From: Octopus sinensis
Lineage: Eukaryota
Assembly: GCF_006345805.1 (NCBI RefSeq)
Contig: NW_021824355.1
Coordinates: 1 to 18,933 of the forward strand
Length of the DNA: 18,933 nt
Reading direction: 5' to 3'
The notes under the pieces are model-generated. The model saw only the letters and a list, made by a program, of their open reading frames with translations. It was not told the DNA's origin and did not search any database. Below are positions 1-9,381 of the stretch, in pieces. Both the position numbers and the translations under genes were made by a program. Position 1 is the stretch's first letter. Each line of letters opens with the position of its first letter.

Positions 1-78
1 TCAGCTGAGGAAATGAGTTGCAACGTCACAGATGCCAAGCTGTATCGGCCTTTGCCTTTCCCTTGGATAACCCTGGTG
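1..78 (+). mobile_element. Internal fragment of a tRNA-derived SINE (family B; same family as 10240-10580)
   Basis: gaaatgagttgcaacgtcacagatgccaagctgtatcggcc...ttggataac aligns by eye with the reverse complement of ~10375-10435; it ends abruptly at the Penelope sequence. Confidence 0.8.
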
Positions 79-544
79 ACAAATCGCCAAAAAGACTACT
101 AACAAATGCGAAGCTTTACAAAATAACCACGAAACCAACTGTTGAAAAATGTGGACGCGCAAACTGTGGAACCTGCCTCAACCTGCTTGAAGGCTCGGAT
201 TTCCTTTTCAAACAAGGACAGAGGTTCACAATTAAAACTAGTTTCACTTGTGCCTTTGGGAACCTAATTTATGTAATAACCTGCTCGGGTTGCGGACACC
301 ACTATATTGGACAAACGAGTATGACCTTGAGAAAGCAAACCACTCTACATAAAGACCAAATCCGTTTCCCGCAATACAAATTCCTCTCAGTAAACATATA
401 GAAAAATGTGCAGGTAACATCAAACCAAATTTCACAGTCTTCTCCTTCTACCAGCGCAAAGACGCAATCTCTCAACTAGAACGTTTAAATAAAGAAACTT
501 TTTTCATTGAAAACTACAAAACACGTCTTAATATGCACATGTAA
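79..544 (+). pseudogene. PLE GIY-YIG endonuclease remnant with a frameshift at ~385-391
   Basis: Frame of ORF 18..401: KCGRANCGTC...FTIKTSFTCAFGNLIYVITCSGCGHHYIGQT...LHK. A shifted frame from 389 gives SKHIEKCAGNIKPNFTVFSFYQRKDAISQLERLNKETFFIENYKTRLNMHM*, stop at 542-544. The Cys-rich linker before NLIY..C..C...YIGQT is typical of Neptune-clade PLEs. Confidence 0.9.
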
Positions 545-835
545 ACAACTTTTATCGTTTTACATATTTCAGTTCACGATTACATCACTGTACATAAATC
601 CCTTACTAAACAAGGTTTTTGAAACTTATCTCTGTCTATACACATATAATCCCCAACCATTACCGAAAGCTGAACAGTTATCTCCCCTACCCACACAGAT
701 AACAATAATAGCGACTACCAATTACCTCCCTTCATTAATCTACTTATGAAGTCATTCACTCGGGAATCTCATCACATACAACATGGACAAAATTTCTTCT
801 TAAGAAAAAATATATATTCAAATAAGTAAAACATA

Positions 836-870
836 ATATCATGACTAGCGATAGCGAAACCGGTCGATAT
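836..870 (+). ncRNA. Degenerate minimal type I hammerhead ribozyme (PLE-associated), probably inactive
   Basis: Stem I ATATC(836-840)/GATAT(866-870); core ATGACTA (vs CTGANGA, 2 mismatches); stem II GC-GATA-GC; GAAA 856-859; palindromic stem III ACCGGT; GUC cleavage triplet 863-865. Confidence 0.65.
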
Positions 871-923
871 ATTAAAAATATATCAAAACTATGTAAGTGT
901 GCGATTTTCCTTTTTTAATTTCT

Positions 924-941
924 TATATATATATATATATA

Positions 942-981
<40 letters not shown>
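924..981. repeat. (TA)n microsatellite
   Basis: Near-perfect TA run with one C interruption. Confidence 0.97.
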
Positions 982-986
<5 letters not shown>

Positions 987-1423
987 TCACTGTCCTGTTT
1001 TGTGTTACCAATTTTGACCCTCCGCAAAATCCCAGATTTTATTTAATTTGTTTCATGGGAGCAACTGTTTTATCGAAAGCCCATATTGTTGTTAAATGCT
1101 CGAAATACGAGAATAGAAAAACTGCCAACAACGAATGAAGGGTCCTACTTTATGTTGTTAGTCTTGTTTTCCATTTGTGTCTTTCGTTGTTCGAAAGAAT
1201 AGTTCATATTCCATGTACTCGTACTTCGTATTTTCTGTTGTACACGTTTTTCATGACGTCCTGTGCCCACATATTTTCTAAACATACGTATAGATATATG
1301 TATATATAGGTATGTATATATGGATATATAATATATATATATATATAATATATATATATTATATATATATATTATAATATATTAAATAGCTATATATTAT
1401 TATATGACTGAACAAGTAAGTTT

Positions 1424-1440
1424 CATCTATCTATCATTCC

Positions 1441-1509
<69 letters not shown>

Positions 1510-1546
1510 CTATCTATCTATCTATCATTCCATCTATCTATCATCC

Positions 1547-1600
<54 letters not shown>

Positions 1601-1670
1601 GTATTTATGTATGTATGTATGTACCTATCTATCTATCTATATATCTATATAGTTGTATATATATATATTA

Positions 1671-1700
<30 letters not shown>
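1424..1700. repeat. Compound (TATC)n-(TATG)n-(TA)n microsatellite
   Basis: Direct reading. Confidence 0.95.
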
Positions 1701-1708
<8 letters not shown>

Positions 1709-1824
1709 TAAGAGAGGCGGAGAGGGTATGAGGAAAGTCAAAGAGAAAGGAGAGCAGATCTTTCAAAACATTTTCTTCTGGCGATTGACATTATTACATA
1801 GCTGTAAGTACAGACTTCCTCTAA

Positions 1825-2490
1825 ACTACTACTACTACTACAAGTTGTTGTTCTTCTTCCCCTTCTTATTTTTCTCCTTCCTCTCCTCCTCCTCCTTCTT
1901 TTTTATCTCCCCCCTCCCCTCCTTCTTATTCTCCTCCTCCTCCTCCTCCTCCTCCACCTCCATGTGCAACAGCAATGTAGTAATGTATTATTTCACCTTT
2001 CCGATTGAATAATCCATCTCAACACTATCAGAGATTATCTTTCAACGATTGTTGTCTTGGAACCAGAATCTGGAAACAGAAGAGTAGGAGGAAGTAGAAG
2101 AAGAGGAAAAAGAAACAAAGTAGAGTGGGAGGAGGGGGATATGGTGTGGGGGCGGTGGAGCATTGAGTGAATTTGGTCGGAGTAAGAACCAGAAAATACT
2201 GGTGTGTGTGTATGTGTATGTGTGTGTGTGTGAGTGTGTGTGTTGGCGGGGAAGGTTTCAGGATTCTATAATGATGATGGTGGTGGTAGAGAAGGTTTTC
2301 ACAGGAGGTGTTATCTGAGAATGTTACTGTCGTTGTTATTGTAGTCGTTAGTGGTGGTCGTGGTAAAGATGGTTATGGTAGTGAAGGTGGTGGTGGTGGT
2401 GGAGGAGAAGCATGGAGTCGAGAACGGAGATAGAAGGGGAAGAGAGAGAGAGAAAGAGACAGAGAGAGACAGAGAGTGAGAAAGAGAGGC
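1825..2490. repeat. Mixed low-complexity tract: (CTA)n, (CTT/CCT)n, (TG)n, (GGT)n, (GA)n
   Basis: Direct reading; short unique spacers in between. Confidence 0.85.
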
Positions 2491-2625
2491 AGTGAAATGG
2501 TGGCGGGCATTGGAGGTTAGGGTGAGGCTCTTCAGCGCTTTCTGATAACCCCTTGACCTGAATTAGAGCACACATATCTGTGTACTTATATACACTTGCC
2601 TTGCCATGCTTTACATACTACATAC

Positions 2626-2629
<4 letters not shown>

Positions 2630-2703
<74 letters not shown>

Positions 2704-2820
2704 CACACACCACACACATCACACATATATAGACATTATATGTATATTGTGTGTATGCATTTATATCATATATATATATAATAATATATAACACAACACA
2801 CACAGAGACACACAGAGCAA
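2630..2820. repeat. (TA)n/(CA)n compound microsatellite
   Basis: Direct reading. Confidence 0.93.
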
Positions 2821-3457
2821 AAGTGTGAGAATGAGCGAGAGAGAGAAAAAGAAAGAGAGAAGCACAACACTTGTCGATGAAGGTTAGATATACATATATA
2901 CATCTGTACACATACACTCCCTTGTAGATCTAAATACAGTTACACACACCTTTTTTTTTTACAATCATCATATCTTAGGATTTCCCACTGTATAAGATGT
3001 AATTTGAATCTTTTACTCATTGGCACTCGCACATACATACGTACATACGTATGTACTTACATACATGAATATATACGTATATAGACTCACGCATACAGAC
3101 ATACTCAAACACTCCTTCTTAGTCTCTTCTTATTCATACAAGCAGGGAAATAGTAAAAAGAAGAACGAGATTAAAAGGGTGTGTCAAAAAAGATCTTGTC
3201 ATATACACAGCTATATACATTCGCTCGTTCACTCACAAACATACACACATACATGAACACATTCACACACACACACATACATACATATACTGACACACAC
3301 ACACAGACATGCATACACATACGCGGGTATGGACACATTCAGAAACATAGTCACACATCTCTGCGCACTCATGGTTGTGTATGCGCGTATGTATAAGGAA
3401 AAATAGGGCTCAGTACAAGATATAAAGAATAATTGTATTCATTTGCTTGTGACTTAC

Positions 3458-3510
3458 CTTATATCTTGAACTTCAAGAATTCCTCGACATCTTCCACAAC
3501 TACTGCTGTT
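3458..3510 (-). other. Candidate 53-nt internal exon of an unidentified host gene
   Basis: Minus strand: ttttatttttatttttattacag|AACAGC...ATAAG|gtaagt. Phase 0 reads NSSSCGRCRGILEVQDI; no homology recognised. Confidence 0.55.
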
Positions 3511-4004
3511 CTGTAATAAAAATAAAAATAAAACGTGACTAACAAAAAACAAAAAAGAAACAAAATAAAGAGGAAAAGAAACACTAAAAACGACCTAAAA
3601 ACAGAAATATTAAGCACAAAAACTGTTAAGAGAGAAAATAAAACACTGTCTTATGGACATTCATATACAACATTATCTAACGTCTCACCATGCATTTACA
3701 ACAAGAGCAGTCGCAATCACCATGCAACAGAACTCATTAATACTTGTTAGAAAAAAGTTAGCAGTGAATACATGCCTATTCTAGAGAATTTCTTGCAAAA
3801 GTAGATGACTAATGATGGAAGCATTGTTCATATCACACAGCACGATCCTGAACTATACACACGGACAATATACACTGGTCATAAGCAGAAATGCGCAGCT
3901 GTTATGTACGAATCTCACAGAAACATTATTAATACCAAAAACAGTCTTAATCTTCAACTTAATTTAGAAGTTGTGTTAGAACACAGAAATTATGAGTTAT
4001 TTAC

Positions 4005-4064
4005 CTTCAGAGGGTCTCTCAAATGTCCTTGTGGTGCATATGAGAGAATAAACGACGCAGTATT
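4005..4064 (-). other. Candidate 60-nt internal exon of the same putative gene
   Basis: Minus strand: tactttctaacacag|AATACT...CTGAAG|gtaaat. Phase 0-0 reads NTASFILSYAPQGHLRDPLK and stays open when joined to 3458-3510. Confidence 0.45.
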
Positions 4065-4099
4065 CTGTGTTAGAAAGTATTACAATACCTTCGATAATG

Positions 4100-4109
4100 T
4101 GTATAACAA
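4100..4109 (+). repeat. Left copy of a 10-bp direct repeat TGTATAACAA (putative TSD)
   Basis: Identical to 4986-4995. Confidence 0.8.
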
Positions 4110-4985
4110 GGCGGCGAGCTGGCAGAATCGTTAGCACGCCGGGCGAAATGCGTAGCCGTATTTCGTCTGCCGTTACGTTCTGAGTTCAAATTCCGTCGAC
4201 ATTGCCTTTCATCCTTTCGGGGTCCATAAATTAAGTACCAGCGACGCACTGGGGTCGATGTAATTGAATTAATCTGTTTGTCTGTCCTTGTTTGTCCTCT
4301 CTGTGTTTAGCCCCTTGTGGGTAGTAAAGAAATAGGTATTTCGTCTGTCTTTACGCTCTGAGGTCGACTTTGCCTTTCATCCTTTCGGGGTTGGTAAATT
4401 AAGTACCAGTTGCGTACTGGGGTCGATCTAATTAAGGCGACGAGCTGGCAGAAACGTTAACACGCCGGGCGAAATGCTTAGCGGTATTTCGTCTGTCTTT
4501 ACGTTCTGAGTTCAAATTCCGCCGAAGTCGACTTTGCCTTTCATACTTTCAGGGTCGGTAAATTAAGTACCAGTTGCGTACTGGGGTCGATCTAATTAAG
4601 GCGACGAGCTGGCAGAAACGTTAACACGCCGGGCGAAATGCTTAGCGGTATTTCGTCTGTCTTTACGTTCTGAGTTCAAATTCCGCCGAAGTCGACTTTG
4701 CCTTTCATACTTTCAGGGTCGGTAAATTAAGTACCAGTTGCGTACTGGGGTCGATCTAATTAAGGCGGCGAGCTGGCAGAAACGTTAGCACGCCAAGCGA
4801 AATGCTTAGCGGTATTTCGTCTGTCTTTACATTCTGAGTTCAAATCCCACCGAGGTCGACTTTGCCTTTTATCATTTCAGGGTCGATAAATTAAGAACCA
4901 GTTGCGTACTGGGGTCTATGTAATCGACTGGCTCCATCTCCCTCCCCAAAATTTTCGGGCCTTGTGCCTAGAGTAGAAAAGAATA
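4110..4985 (+). mobile_element. Head-to-tail multimer of a tRNA-derived SINE (family A): full copy ~4110-4335, headless copy ~4336-4433, two identical 164-bp units 4434-4597 and 4598-4761, full copy 4762-4985
   Basis: Headed units carry an A-box-like TGGCAGAA and a B-box GAGTTCAAAT(T/C)CC; the first and last copies have different 3' tails. Confidence 0.92.
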
Positions 4986-4995
4986 TGTATAACAA
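4986..4995 (+). repeat. Right copy of the putative TSD TGTATAACAA
   Basis: Identical to 4100-4109. Confidence 0.8.
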
Positions 4996-5026
4996 ACCAT
5001 ATGAAGCCTGTCTACAGTAAAGAACC

Positions 5027-5127
5027 TTTGATACTGGAGATGTAATCGTGAAGAGTCTAAAAATGTTGATGGTAGATTTAGAAAAATTGATAAACCGCAA
5101 CTACAGCGAAATGCAGTACCTTTCCCA
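5027..5127 (+). pseudogene. Possible decayed THAP-domain C-terminal half (DNA-transposon-associated)
   Basis: With one frameshift at ~5045: FDTGDV/REESKNVDGRFRKIDKPQLQRNAVPFP, resembling the THAP 'HFxxxD...LxxxAVP' signature; the zinc ligands are not recoverable. Confidence 0.3.
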
Positions 5128-6259
5128 CTCGTTATCACTTCTAGGACGACTGTGTTCTACCTAACTCTCTCTGAAATATATTTTATCACTATACGTCTTT
5201 GAAAGAAATTTCCTAGTCGAAACACCCGCAGCTTCTGGCATTTAAACAACATACACCCGTTAAGCATGTGGTATTATCTTTTATCTTTTACTTATTTCAG
5301 TTATCAGATCGATATCGTTTCCTTTATTGAGCTATATTTCTTGTAGTCAATGACCTACATATGTTCAAGCCAAGGCGTTGCTCATCCATCACATCAGTAT
5401 CGGAACATTGACTTAAATATGAACAGGCCAGACTTCTAGGAGAGATTGCACTGCATATGTTTAGATTGGATATCTGCTACATCAATCACAGTCGTCTTGG
5501 TTTCATTGACTAACAGATGGTCAAGCGAGACATCTGGTTCGCTATTCACATCGCTCTAGAAGAAATTCTCGCACAGATCTTAAAGCTGGACTTCTTGTAC
5601 TTTAATGAAATAAGTCTGGGAGAAAGACCTACAAAACAAGCATCACCGAATTACTAAAAAAGCACCCCCCCCCACCAAATGGCGATATTTGCTGTCATCG
5701 TTAGCCCTTTGTTAAGCTAGACTGAGCTGGTTTACAACTGAAGGCAGTCAAGTCATAACCTCTCTGTTTTTCATTTGTAAAGGGAACTTAAGATCATATA
5801 ACTTAGCAGGACCTTAAACAAGGTGACTGGTGCGATTTTAATGCGTACAGCAGACTGAACAATTTAACGACACTGAAGAACCAGATGTGCTTGTTGTTGT
5901 TATTGTTGTTGAAATCTAGATTAAAACCTTGATCAGTCCTCATCCAGGAGACATATGATTAAAAAAGGTCCCATTCGTAAACATCCTGTCTTTGGTTATC
6001 AATAACTAAATCAACCAATCTATCTTGACTTTCCATTATTTATAAAAGAAGCCTGTGGTATGAGGGAGATACTTCTGTCATTTCTCTCAGATAAAATAAC
6101 GACGTGGCGGTACCTCCTTGTTTCATTGCTGCTTATATTCATACTTTATTTAATGATAATGTTTAACGGAAGAAACTGGGCCCATGGCACATGTAGGCAT
6201 TGTTATTGCTGTTGTTGTTTTTGTAGTTGTGACAATTGTTTACTTTATCAACATAGTGT

Positions 6260-6420
6260 CCGGCTCTTAACGTCTTGAGTTCAAATTCCACCTGTCTTTC
6301 ATCCTTTTGGGTTTGATAAAATAAAGAACCAGTCAAATACTGGAGTCAATGGTAATCATTAATCTTCCATCACTCCTAAAAAATTCTGGCTTTGTACCCA
6401 AAATTGAAAGAATTATTAAT
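6260..6420 (+). mobile_element. Diverged family A SINE fragment lacking the 5' head
   Basis: ttgagttcaaattccacc...tttcatccttttggg...aagaaccagtcaaatactgg matches the 4110-4985 units. Confidence 0.75.
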
Positions 6421-6532
6421 GTGCTTCATTAATAATATTGTTGTTATTGTTGTTGTTGAGTTGTTTTGTCTCTCTTGTTGTGGCTGTTTCTGTTGTTCCT
6501 GCTGTTGTACTTTGTGGTGTTACTGTCTATCC

Positions 6533-6875
6533 TACGAGGGTGAGTCAAAAAGTAATGCCATTTTGTTTAGGATAGGTATAATTACGAACACAGGAACATG
6601 TATCATACATCTAAATACTGCTAGTCCTCTGTGGATCACATCCCTACTTCCCAACATAGTCACCGTTTCTCTCAATAGCAATGTTCCACCTTCGAATGAG
6701 AGCATGATCCCTGCCCCGTAAAATTCTGTTCTTTGATTCACTTCTTCACTACAGTTTTCACTTCCTCGTCACTGGAATAATGTTTGCTTCTCAAACCCTC
6801 TTTCATGGAGCCGAAGAGATGATAGTCTGAAGGCGCTAAATCTAAATCGAATGAGGCGATTGTCTCCCTTGTACT
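6533..6875 (-). mobile_element. Mariner element, 3' half: terminal inverted repeat plus decayed transposase C-terminus
   Basis: TA + CGAGGGTGAGTCAAAAAGTAATGCC terminus at 6533. Minus strand 6842-6644 reads DLAPSDYHLFGSMKEGLRSKHYSSDEEVKTVVKK*IKE/EFYGAG/HALIRRWNIAIERNGDYVGK*, with an in-frame stop at 6738-6740 and frameshifts. Confidence 0.92.
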
Positions 6876-6902
6876 GATGCTTGTGTGTGGTCGAGCATTG
6901 TC

Positions 6903-7007
6903 AGGGTTGAGAAAACGAGCACCATTCGAACACTGGACGGTCGATGTAATCGACTTGTTTCTTCCTCCAAAAATTCAGCCCTTGTGCTTTCATTAGAAAG
7001 TATTATT
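6903..7007 (+). mobile_element. Diverged 3' portion of a family A SINE
   Basis: cactggacggtcgatgtaatcgact...aaaattcagcccttgtgc resembles 4905-4980. Confidence 0.65.
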
Positions 7008-7010
7008 CAC

Positions 7011-7190
7011 GGCGGTGAGCTGGCAGAGTCGTTAGCACGCCAGGCAAAATACTTAGCGTCATTTCGTCCGTCTTGACGTTCTGAGTTCAAATTCTGTCGA
7101 GGTTCGACTTTGCCTTTTATCCTCTCGGAGTCGATGAAAAAAGTACCAGTCGAGCACTGGGACGATTTTATCAACTAATCTCCTTCCCAC
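7011..7190 (+). mobile_element. Family A SINE, 3'-truncated
   Basis: ggcggtgagctggcagagtcgttagcacgcc...gagttcaaattc...aagtaccagtcgagcactgg. Confidence 0.88.
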
Positions 7191-7254
7191 GGCGTGCCTT
7201 AGTGGTTCAGGTATGCAGCTCAAGATTGTAAGATTGTGAGTTCGATTTTCGGCG
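7191..7254 (+). mobile_element. Isolated tRNA-like SINE head (family B-like)
   Basis: ggcgtgccttagtggttcag...ttgtgagttcgattttc has A/B-box-like motifs, similar to the reverse complement of 10500-10580. Confidence 0.6.
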
Positions 7255-7605
7255 TCCAGTTAGATATATGGTTATTCTTATATACGTTTCAGCCCTAAGG
7301 CAGTGGCCATGCTGGAGCACCTCCAGTTAGATATATGGTTATTCTTAAATACGTTTCAGCCCTAAGGCTGTGGCCATGCTGGAGCATCTCCAGTTAGATA
7401 TATGGTTATTCTTAAATACCTTTCAGCCCGAAGGCTGTGGCCATGCTGGAGCACCTCCAGTTAGATATATGGTTATTCTTATATACGTTTCAGCCCTAAG
7501 GCTGTGGCCATGCTGGAGCACCTCCAGTTAGATATATGGTTATTCTTATATACGTTTTAGCCCTAAGGCAGTGGCCATGCTGGAGCACCTCCAGTTAGAT
7601 ATATG
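7255..7605. repeat. 67-bp minisatellite, 5 full units plus 16 bp
   Basis: TCCAGTTAGATATATGG starts at 7255, 7322, 7389, 7456, 7523; a sixth partial start (TCCAGTTAGATATATG) is at 7590; few substitutions between units. Confidence 0.97.
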
Positions 7606-7609
7606 CATA

Positions 7610-8410
7610 TTGTTGTTACACCAACAATACTGTTGTTGCTGTTGTTGTTGTTGTTACAGCTGTTGTTGTTAACGTTGTTCTTGTTGCTACTGTTTTTGTT
7701 GTTGTTGCTGTCACCATCGACATTAAGATCACGTACAGATGTTATCTTTATTATCTCCGTTTCCTCTACAGGCGCCATAGCCTAACAGTAGTGTCAGCAG
7801 TACCGACTGTCAGTGTTGTGGCGTTGGGAGAGGTGGTGATGGCGGTAGTGGTGGAAGTGGTAGTAGTAGTAGTTGTTGTAGTAGTGGCGATGGTATTAGA
7901 AATGGTAGTTATAGTAGTTGTGTTGGTGTGGTTCTGGTGGGAGAGAGGCAGTGGTGCTGGGGGTGGGTGGAGATGACGGTGATAGTGGTGGTGATGATGG
8001 TGATGGTGGTGGTGGTGGTGGTAGTTGTTGTTGTGGTGATGGTGGTGGTGAAATTGGTGGCGGCAGTGATGGTGTTGATGGTGGTGATCATGGTGGTGGC
8101 GATGGTGATGGTGATAGTCGTGCTGAAGGTGGTAGCGGTAGCGATAGTGATGATGATGGTGGTGGTAGTGGTGGTGGTCTTCATAGTGGTGGTGATGTTG
8201 GTGGTAGTGGTAGCGATTATGGTAGTGATGGAGGTGTTGGTTGTGGTGGTATCAGTGGTGAGGTCTCAGCTCTAGTGTTGGTGGTGGTAATGGTGTCCGT
8301 AGTAGTGCAGATGTAGTGGTGGGGTTGTAGTGATTTAGCAATATAAATATGGTGGCTTTGAGAAATAATGTAGTTTTGTTGTGTTTCGTGGTGGTGGTGG
8401 TGTGGTGTTG
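7610..8410. repeat. Degenerate (GTT)n/(GGT)n/(GAT)n trinucleotide tract
   Basis: Direct reading. Confidence 0.9.
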
Positions 8411-8459
8411 TCAGCGTTGGAGATGCAAAGACTGCAATATTTAGAGACAAACACACTTT

Positions 8460-8619
8460 TTACACACACACACGCACACACATACACACACACGCACACA
8501 CACATACACACACACACACGCACACACACACACAAGCACAAACAGTAGGGTGAATGACACTGTAATTAATAGCAGCAGCAACAAAGTAATACTAGTAGTG
8601 GTGGTGGTAGTAGTAGTCA

Positions 8620-8654
<35 letters not shown>

Positions 8655-8666
8655 TAGTAGTAGTAA

Positions 8667-8698
<32 letters not shown>

Positions 8699-8709
8699 AT
8701 TGTAGTAGT

Positions 8710-8742
<33 letters not shown>

Positions 8743-8830
8743 GGTAGTGGTGGTGGTGTGGTGGTGGTGGTGGTGGTGGTGGTTTTGGCGGTGGTGGTGT
8801 TGATTGTGGTCTTCGTGGTGATGGTGGTAG
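8460..8830. repeat. (CA)n followed by (TAG)n/(CAG)n/(GGT)n tracts
   Basis: Direct reading. Confidence 0.92.
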
Positions 8831-9016
8831 CGGTGGTGTTGGTCGGAGCTGTCAGCCCCACCGTCCGTCGCATACACGGACCAGTTAGAACGCTGGGCAT
8901 CGCCGACCTCTGCACACCTGTGCGTTCTTCGCCAGGTATGTGAACGACGACCTAAGATTAACGTCCTCTCGTGAGGAGGCCATTGAAATGTAGTACATAA
9001 TCCATAGCACTGGCGA

Positions 9017-9017
<1 letters not shown>

Positions 9018-9052
<35 letters not shown>

Positions 9053-9125
9053 ATACACACACACGTACACACACACACACACACGCACACACACACACAC
9101 GCATGCACACACACACACACGCACG

Positions 9126-9164
<39 letters not shown>

Positions 9165-9195
9165 GCATGCACACACACCACACACACACACGCAC

Positions 9196-9227
<32 letters not shown>

Positions 9228-9270
9228 CACACACACACGCGCGCGCACACATACACACACACACACACAC
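9018..9270. repeat. Long interrupted (CA)n
   Basis: Direct reading. Confidence 0.96.
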
Positions 9271-9381
9271 AAACCCTTAAAATTTCAAGTGGGTCACCTT
9301 AATAACCCCATTTCCTCAACCCTGCTTGATATTTAATTCAAAACCATACCGAAAGTATTTATATCTTATTATACATTATGG

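Larger units (their letters stand above)
79..923 (+). mobile_element. 5'-truncated Penelope-like retroelement (probably Neptune-type), 3' end with UTR
   Basis: Contains the GIY-YIG remnant and a hammerhead-like motif. Coding portion is well supported; UTR extent up to the (TA)n is inferred. Confidence 0.8.

Noticed and set aside
5190-5245. TTGAAAGA...CGAAAC hammerhead-like spacing
   Set aside because: Core and stems I/III need too many changes
5450-5560. Minus-strand PDVSLDHLLVNETKTTVIDVA resembling an R2/R4 restriction-like endonuclease motif
   Set aside because: Flanked by stops, with no CCHC knuckle or downstream K..KY motif; similarity too weak
5517-5657. Short + ORF MVKRDIWFAIHIALEE... 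after a TGACTAACAG acceptor
   Set aside because: 46 aa, no convincing donor and no recognisable family
7255-7605. CRISPR-like periodicity (also 4434-4761)
   Set aside because: Whole units repeat with no unique spacers, no cas genes are present and the context is eukaryotic
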